Origin: a bacterium
GTDB lineage: Bacteria > Zhuqueibacterota > Zhuqueibacteria > Oceanimicrobiales > Oceanimicrobiaceae
Direction of reading: 5' to 3'
NCBI GenBank assembly: GCA_037446635.1
Contig: JBBIIG010000030.1
Coordinates: forward strand, 1 to 52,588
Length of the DNA stretch: 52,588 nucleotides
Within the stretch, counting starts at the first letter, position 1. Each line of letters starts with the position of its first letter. The position numbers were made by a program, and so were the translations under genes. The notes under the pieces were generated by a model. That model made no database searches. It saw only the letters and a program-made list of their open reading frames with translations, and had not been told where the DNA came from. Positions 46,746 to 52,588 of the stretch are shown here, piece by piece.

Positions 46746-47975
46746 TTAATCCTTCGCGTCTTGCAGCAGACGAGAGACTTCTTTAAGCAGCTCCGGCAGG
46801 TCCCAGGGTTTGGGAAAAAAGGGGAGTTTGGCGCGCTCGAGAAATTTCAGATGAGCGGAGTAGCGGGCGTGGCCGCTGGTCAAAATAATTTTGACGCGGT
46901 GGTTGCTTTCCTGCAAGCGCTGGTAAACGTGCTCGGCGCCGAGGCCGGGCATCGACACATCTAATAGGATGACGCCGATGTCGTCAAAGTGATCCTCAAA
47001 AATATTGAGAGCGCTCTCGCCGTTCTCGGCCAGCAGCACGCGAAAACCCTTGCGTTCGAAAATGCTTTTGGCCAGATCCCGCAGTTCTTCTTCGTCATCC
47101 ACCACTAAAATCGCGCGACTTTGCTCGTTGCCGGTTTCATCCTCAAGCGGCAGAGATTCCACTGCCGGCGGCTGAGCCGGCGCCGCTGGAATGCGCACGG
47201 TGACGATCGCGCCTTTGCCGGGCTCCGACTTGACGAAAATGTCGCCGCCGTGATCCTGTACAATCGCCCGGGCAATCGTCATGCCCAACCCACCAGCGAC
47301 TTTCTTTTCACGGGTGCTCACAAACGTCTCGAAGATGTAAGGCAGCAGCTCGGCGGCGATGCCGGTGCCGGTGTCGGCGATTTTAAACAGAACATACTCG
47401 TCCACCTCTGCCGCTAAATTAGCGCCTTCCGCTTTATCCGAAAGGTAAGTGGCGATAGTGAGCTCGCCGCCCTCGGGCATGGCGTCGCGAGCGTTCATAC
47501 AGATATGCAGCAGAACCTGGCATAAGTTCGGATAATCTACCAGAACCCTGCGGCCGTGGTGATTGAAAACCGTAGCGAAAGCAATATTCGGCGGAAAGGA
47601 GCTTTTGAGGAGTGCGACCACTTCTTCTACCAAAAGTTGGGGATCGATGATTCGCCGCTCATGGCCTTGGGTGTGGTTCGACATGACGTAAATCTGCGAA
47701 ACCAGGTTGGCGGCGCGTTTGGCCGCGCCTTCGATAATCAGAGCATGGCGGTAAGCGTGGGAGCCTTCCTCCACTTCATCTTTGAGCAACTGCGAGTATC
47801 CCAGTATGCCGCCCAGCACATTATTAAACGTGTGGGCAATGTTTCGCACCATGGCGCCGATGGCGCTATAGCGCTGGCTGGCGAGAAAGCGCTCGAGGTT
47901 TTGCGGATCCGTTGCTAATAATTCTTTGAGACGTTCGATAGTTGAAGTCAGAGCCAGCCAATTCTTTTCACTCAT
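46746..47975 (-). CDS. Cytoplasmic hybrid histidine kinase-receiver (CckA-like) without sensor domain
   Basis: IAHTFNN H-box, NARDAMP.GG, DTGTGI, GLG; receiver VVDDE, LLDVSMPG, LTSG, KPW. Confidence 0.9.
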   Translation of the reverse strand: MSEKNWLALTSTIERLKELLATDPQNLERFLASQRYSAIGAMVRNIAHTFNNVLGGILGYSQLLKDEVEEGSHAYRHALIIEGAAKRAANLVSQIYVMSNHTQGHERRIIDPQLLVEEVVALLKSSFPPNIAFATVFNHHGRRVLVDYPNLCQVLLHICMNARDAMPEGGELTIATYLSDKAEGANLAAEVDEYVLFKIADTGTGIAAELLPYIFETFVSTREKKVAGGLGMTIARAIVQDHGGDIFVKSEPGKGAIVTVRIPAAPAQPPAVESLPLEDETGNEQSRAILVVDDEEELRDLAKSIFERKGFRVLLAENGESALNIFEDHFDDIGVILLDVSMPGLGAEHVYQRLQESNHRVKIILTSGHARYSAHLKFLERAKLPFFPKPWDLPELLKEVSRLLQDAKD

Positions 47976-48130
47976 AGCTGCTTCCTTTCCTTGAAGTCAG
48001 GCGAATTTCCTGATTTTACTTCCCAAAATCAAGATCAATCTCTGTTTGCCCATAAAATTCAAATATTCTTTTTGATTATTTCCAACAAATGCTTATTTTC
48101 CCTGCCGAATTTACAACAAGGAGATATTAG

Positions 48131-48829
48131 ATGAAAGAAACTTGCACAGTAATTTTACTGGCCGCGGCAATTTGGTTCGGCGCGTGCGCTAAGAATCAGA
48201 GCAAAACCGAACTCAAAAGCGACGCCGAAAAAGTCAGTTATGTTTTGGGGCAAAATGTCGGCAGCTCGCTAAAGGAAATAGAGGCTGAAATCGATCTCGC
48301 GGCTTTTATGCAGGGTTTGCGCGACACCTTAGAAGGCCGCCAACCGCTGCTGAGTGAGGAAGAAGCCGAGCAAGTGATGCAAGCGTTCAGCGTCAGACGG
48401 CAGGCGGAGTATCAAAAGAAGGCGGAGGAATTGGCAGAAAAAAATCAGACCGAGGGGCAGGAATTTCTGGAACAAAACAAAAATAAAGCCGGCATAAAAA
48501 CCACCGCCAGCGGCTTGCAGTATGAAGTGCTGCAGGAAGGCAGCGGCCCGCGCCCCAAAGCCACCGATCAAGTGACGGTGCACTATCGCGGCACACTCCT
48601 CGATGGCAAGGAATTCGACAGCTCGTACAAACGCGGCGAGCCGGCCACCTTCCCGCTCAATCGGGTGATTACCGGCTGGACCGAAGGCGTGCAGCTTATG
48701 AAAGTTGGCAGCAAGTATAAATTTTATATCCCGCCGGAATTGGCTTACGGCGAGCGCGGCGCCGGCGACGCTATCGGCCCGAACTGCACCCTGATTTTTG
48801 AAGTCGAGTTGGTAGGAATTAAAAACTAA
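48131..48829 (+). CDS. FKBP-type peptidyl-prolyl isomerase (FkpA/Mip-like lipoprotein)
   Basis: K.SY.LG, SGLQYEVL, VHYRGTL.DG.EFDSSY.RG.P, VI.GWTEG, LAYG.RG, LIFEVEL. Confidence 0.96.
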   Translation: MKETCTVILLAAAIWFGACAKNQSKTELKSDAEKVSYVLGQNVGSSLKEIEAEIDLAAFMQGLRDTLEGRQPLLSEEEAEQVMQAFSVRRQAEYQKKAEELAEKNQTEGQEFLEQNKNKAGIKTTASGLQYEVLQEGSGPRPKATDQVTVHYRGTLLDGKEFDSSYKRGEPATFPLNRVITGWTEGVQLMKVGSKYKFYIPPELAYGERGAGDAIGPNCTLIFEVELVGIKN

Positions 48830-48832
48830 CTT

Positions 48833-48860
48833 GTAGAGGCGTATCGCGATACGCCCCTAC
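48833..48860. repeat. GTAG-type REP palindrome (second copy)
   Basis: GTAGAGGCGTAT-CGCG-ATACGCCCCTAC, one arm mismatch; closely similar to 32873-32900. Confidence 0.85.
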
Positions 48861-48884
48861 ATTGCAATCAAACAATTTAACAAA

Positions 48885-49862
48885 ATGACCGAAATCCGCT
48901 GGGGCATCATCGGCTGCGGCAACGTCACCGAAGTCAAAAGCGGGCCGGCGTTCAACAAAATCGCTGGCTCGCGGCTGGCGGCGGTGATGCGCCGCGACGG
49001 CAACAAGGCTCGGGATTACGCTCAGCGCCACGGCGTCCCCAAATGGTACGACGACGCCGACAAGCTCATCAACGATCCGGAAGTTAACGCCGTGTACATC
49101 GCCACACCGCCCGATAGCCACAAAGAATACACCCTGCGCGTTGCGGCGGCCGGCAAACCGGTGTACGTGGAAAAACCCATGGCCCGCACTTTCAGCGAAT
49201 GCCGGGAAATGATCTTTGCTTGCGCGAAAGCTGAGGCGCCGCTGTTCGTGGCGTACTACCGCCGGCGGCTGCCGGCCTTTCTGAAAGTGAAAGAATTGAT
49301 TGAAACCGGCGCCATTGGCGAGCCGCGGTTGGTTTCGATTCAACTGATTCTCCCACCGCGCAAGGAGGATCTCGATCCAAAGAATTTGCCGTGGCGGGTT
49401 AAACCGGAAATCGCCGGCGGCGGTTATTTTTACGATCTCGCCTCCCACCAGTTGGACGTGCTGGATTTCATTTTCGGCCCAATTGTCTCGGCGAAGGGCA
49501 CGGCGGCCAATCAAGCGGGATGGTACCCGGCGGAGGATATCATCGCGGCACATTTTCAGTTCAAATCCGGCGTGATGGGTAGTGGCGTCTGGTGCTTCAC
49601 GGCGGCTGAAAGCGCAAAGACAGACCAAATCGAGATCGTCGGCAGCGAAGGCAAAATCCACTTTGGCACGTTCACTCACGAGCCGGTGCGCTTGCAAACG
49701 GCTGCGGGCGTTGAAGAATTCAACCTGCCGCCGCCGGCGCACATTCAACAGCCCCTCATTCAAACCGTAGTTGATGAATTGTTGGGAAGAGGAACATGCC
49801 CCAGCACTGGCGTGACTGCGGCGCGGACGAATTGGGTGTTGGAGGAGATTCTAAGTCAATAG
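48885..49862 (+). CDS. Gfo/Idh/MocA family oxidoreductase
   Basis: WGIIGCG.V.E.KSGPA, VYIATPP..H, VYVEKPMA, AYYRR, GGG.F.DLASH.LD. Confidence 0.95.
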   Translation: MTEIRWGIIGCGNVTEVKSGPAFNKIAGSRLAAVMRRDGNKARDYAQRHGVPKWYDDADKLINDPEVNAVYIATPPDSHKEYTLRVAAAGKPVYVEKPMARTFSECREMIFACAKAEAPLFVAYYRRRLPAFLKVKELIETGAIGEPRLVSIQLILPPRKEDLDPKNLPWRVKPEIAGGGYFYDLASHQLDVLDFIFGPIVSAKGTAANQAGWYPAEDIIAAHFQFKSGVMGSGVWCFTAAESAKTDQIEIVGSEGKIHFGTFTHEPVRLQTAAGVEEFNLPPPAHIQQPLIQTVVDELLGRGTCPSTGVTAARTNWVLEEILSQ

Positions 49863-49866
49863 CGTT

Positions 49867-50715
49867 ATGATCTCGGTAATGGAATCGCTACAAATCTTTC
49901 TGCACAACACCCTCGGCAAATTTATCAGCACCGTTGCCATCATTTTTTTGTTGTCGCTGCTGCGCGCTCTCCTGCTCCGCAACATCAATCGCCACATCGA
50001 GGACCTGCGCAGCCGTTATACCTGGCGGCAGTCGGTGAGTTATACAATCTCGGTGATTGGCGTGCTGCTGGTAGTGGTGATCTGGTTCCAGCAGTTCCAG
50101 TCCGTCATCACCATGTTGAGTCTCGTCGCCGCCGCCCTCACGGTGGCCCCAAAGGAGCTGATTCTCAATTTTATTTCTCACGGGGTGATCATTTCGCGGC
50201 GGCTGTTTGACGTGGGCGATCGCATTCAAATTGGCGGCAACATCGGCGACGTCATCGAGCTCGGTCCGGTCTATTTTACCATCGCCGAGGTGGGCAACTG
50301 GGTGAACGCGGACGAGCCCACAGGTCGAGTTATCAAGGTGCCCAACAGCTCTGTGCTGACCCAGCCACTGGCCAACTACACCCGCGGCCTGTCATTAATT
50401 TGGAATGAAATCCGCGTGGAACTCACGGTTGGCAGCGATTGGCAAAAAGCGAAACAAATTGCCGAAGAAATTGCCCGGCAGTACACCCACCAATTTTCGG
50501 AAAGCGAGCTGATGGAAGTCCGCGACGAGGGGGAGGAATTTATGTTCATGAAAACCGAGCCGACGGTTTACGTGCAGTGGCGCGAAGGCAAAATCGCCCT
50601 CGCCATTCGTTACGCCTGTAAATTCCACAAACGGCGATTTACCGAGCAGAAAATTTGGGAAGCGCTGTTGCAACGATTTGCCGAGGAAGAGATTCAATTG
50701 TTCGCGATGAAATAG
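49867..50715 (+). CDS. MscS family mechanosensitive channel
   Basis: 3 TM helices; FDVGDRIQIG..IGDVI, TGRVIKVPNS.V...LANY, W.EI.V.LT..SDW.KAK. Confidence 0.92.
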   Translation: MISVMESLQIFLHNTLGKFISTVAIIFLLSLLRALLLRNINRHIEDLRSRYTWRQSVSYTISVIGVLLVVVIWFQQFQSVITMLSLVAAALTVAPKELILNFISHGVIISRRLFDVGDRIQIGGNIGDVIELGPVYFTIAEVGNWVNADEPTGRVIKVPNSSVLTQPLANYTRGLSLIWNEIRVELTVGSDWQKAKQIAEEIARQYTHQFSESELMEVRDEGEEFMFMKTEPTVYVQWREGKIALAIRYACKFHKRRFTEQKIWEALLQRFAEEEIQLFAMK

Positions 50716-50763
50716 CATAAATTGAGATTGCTTTTCTATTGCCGTTTCGTTATACTCACACCC

Positions 50764-52518
50764 ATGCTCCTCAACCCCGCAACCAGAAAATTTCTCTCCT
50801 ACGCCAAACCCTATCGCTGGTGGATCGCATCGGCGACCTTCTGCGGTTTGTTGAAGTACAATATCCCGGTGATTTTTCCGTGGCTGTTGAAAGACATTAT
50901 CGATCATCTGTTGACGGTCTCACCGCCGAAAGCATCGAAAATCAATACCGACATCGGCCTGCTGGCCGGCAGTTATCTCCTCTGGTCGATCGCGACTTTT
51001 TATCGATCGTACCTCGCCGATCAAGCCGGCCAGCGCATGATTTTCGATCTGCGCCGCGAGCTGTACGTGCACTTACAACGCATGTCCCTGAGCTTCTTCG
51101 AAAAGCGGCAGGTGGGATCGATCACCTCCCGTTTGGTGGGCGACATCGCCGTGGCGCAAAATTTCATCGGCGCGGCCTTCACCAACACCATTATGGATAT
51201 GAGCTCGCTGGTGCTCATCACCATCCTGCTTTTCTCCATGAATTGGAAGTTGGCGATTGTGTCGCTGGTGATTTTCCCGTTTTATGTCACTCTCAATCGC
51301 TTCTTCAAAAAGCGCATTCGCAGCACCAGCAAACTCGCCCAGCAGAAAATGGAAGAGATCAGCGGCGACGTCAACGAAAAATTGGGCGGCATCTCCGTCA
51401 TCCAATCGTACACGCGGGAGAAGGCCGAGGAGCAGCACTTTTTGCGGGAAAACCGCACCTACCTTTCCTACCGCCTGGCCAACATCAAAAACAACGCGCT
51501 GGCGTCAGCGCTGGTGGGATTTTTAACTTCGATTGCGCCGGTGCTGGTGGTGTGGTACGGCGCGCTGCAAGTCATTCACGGCAATCTGACCGTGGGCCAG
51601 CTTACCGCCTTTTATGCGTATTTAGGCATGTTCTATCAACCGCTCAATCGGCTCACCGAGTTGAATATTTTGCTGGCGAATTCCGAAGCCGCCATCGAGA
51701 GAATTTTTGAGGTGTTCAACACGTCACCGGAAGTGAGCGATCGTCCCAACGCTCGTACCGTCGAGTCGATTAAAGGCGACGTGGTGTTTGAAAACGTCAG
51801 CTTCGGGTATGACACCGCGCGCATGACGCTTAAAAACATCAACCTCTCGGCGCCGGCCGGCAGCATCATCGCGCTGGTGGGACGCAGCGGCGCCGGCAAA
51901 TCTACGTTTGTGAAATTGATTCCGCGTTTTTATGACGTCAATGAGGGCGCGATCAAAATCGACGGCATCGACATTCGCGACCTCCCGTTGAAGCAGCTTC
52001 GCCGCCACATCGCGCTGGTGCCGCAGGACCCCATTCTGTTTTCTGGGACGATTTACGAAAACATTCTCATGGGCAACTCCGACGCCACCCGCGAGGAAGT
52101 GGACGCCGCGGCTCGCTCCGCCAACGCCTTCGATTTTATCCATCAATTTCCGAATGGTTATGAGACCGAAATTGGTGAGGGCGGCCTGCGGCTCTCCGGC
52201 GGGCAAAAACAGCGCATCGCCCTCACCCGCGCCTTTCTCAAAAACGCGCCGATCCTGATTCTCGATGAAGCCACCTCGTCGCTGGACTCGGAATCGGATA
52301 ATCTTATTCAGGAAGCGCTGCAGCGGCTGATGCAGGGGCGCACTACGTTTATTATCGCCCACCGGCTTTCCACCATTCAGTCGGCTCACCGCATCGTGGT
52401 GTTTGATGCCGGCCGCATCGTGGAAATGGGAACGCACACCGAGCTGCTGAACCGCGAAGACGGATTGTACCGGCGCTTGCACCAATCGTCGTATCGATCG
52501 CGGGTGTTTATGAATTGA
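50764..52518 (+). CDS. ABC exporter, fused permease/ATPase (MsbA/Sav1866-like)
   Basis: TM domain plus GRSGAGKST, LSGGQKQRIAL, ILDEATSSLD, IAHRLSTI. Confidence 0.95.
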   Translation: MLLNPATRKFLSYAKPYRWWIASATFCGLLKYNIPVIFPWLLKDIIDHLLTVSPPKASKINTDIGLLAGSYLLWSIATFYRSYLADQAGQRMIFDLRRELYVHLQRMSLSFFEKRQVGSITSRLVGDIAVAQNFIGAAFTNTIMDMSSLVLITILLFSMNWKLAIVSLVIFPFYVTLNRFFKKRIRSTSKLAQQKMEEISGDVNEKLGGISVIQSYTREKAEEQHFLRENRTYLSYRLANIKNNALASALVGFLTSIAPVLVVWYGALQVIHGNLTVGQLTAFYAYLGMFYQPLNRLTELNILLANSEAAIERIFEVFNTSPEVSDRPNARTVESIKGDVVFENVSFGYDTARMTLKNINLSAPAGSIIALVGRSGAGKSTFVKLIPRFYDVNEGAIKIDGIDIRDLPLKQLRRHIALVPQDPILFSGTIYENILMGNSDATREEVDAAARSANAFDFIHQFPNGYETEIGEGGLRLSGGQKQRIALTRAFLKNAPILILDEATSSLDSESDNLIQEALQRLMQGRTTFIIAHRLSTIQSAHRIVVFDAGRIVEMGTHTELLNREDGLYRRLHQSSYRSRVFMN

Positions 52519-52532
52519 AAAATACGTAACCC

Positions 52533-52577
52533 TGGGGCTGTCCAAAAAGTATGCACGGGATTGCATAGGACCGCCCC
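52533..52577. repeat. Nested hairpin downstream of the ABC exporter
   Basis: ggggctgtcc ... ggaccgcccc outer arms enclosing tatgca-cgggat-tgcata. Confidence 0.45.
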
Positions 52578-52588
52578 AGAAATTTCGC

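Noticed and set aside
48819..52566. Long overlapping ORFs (48819..49763 -, 50739..51710 +, 51724..52566 -)
   Set aside because: Shadows of the oxidoreductase and ABC exporter genes.
52533..52588. ggggctgtccaaaaagt as a possible IS terminal inverted repeat
   Set aside because: It lies at the window edge with no transposase or partner end visible, so it is recorded only as a hairpin.

Overview
Bacterial chromosomal window of mostly moderate-to-high GC with AT-rich islets. The gene content (group II GGGP synthase, split transketolase, BatA-domain protein, TAXI-TRAP, spmA/spmB) would fit an FCB-superphylum lineage such as KSB1, but this is inference only. The left third (1-14.8 kb) is an accessory mosaic of envelope, redox and transport genes with many gene scars: an IS21 transposase fragment, a beta-barrel fragment, a frameshifted DNA methyltransferase fused by deletion to another gene's C-terminus, a GxxExxY remnant inside 27-bp inverted repeats, and a frameshifted PQQ-type propeller. 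A long minus-strand housekeeping run follows (14.8-42.7 kb). In transcription order it contains pruA, a MOT1-type transporter, thpR-recA-recX-alaS, GGGP synthase, a CpsB-type phosphatase, a BatA/vWA protein, hflX, a propeller, TetR, a ferredoxin, DMT, rnz, split transketolase, a YgfZ-like protein, AmmeMemoRadiSam protein B, ArsR, an alpha/beta hydrolase and TAXI-TRAP. An AT-rich type II restriction-modification cassette (43-45 kb) is followed by spmAB, a sensor-less hybrid kinase, FKBP, an oxidoreductase, MscS and an ABC exporter. The most unusual signals are absent from the ORF track. They are (i) a tandem array of short paralogous single-TM peptides between recX and alaS, (ii) several toxin-antitoxin stubs wedged into housekeeping operons, some with translational-coupling overlaps, (iii) a family of roughly 8-nt-period inverted-repeat elements, one still enclosing a GxxExxY remnant and supplying the apparent 5' end of an NCS1 gene, and (iv) GTAG-type REP palindromes. 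No rRNA, tRNA or CRISPR array was seen. All family calls come from motif recognition, not database searches.
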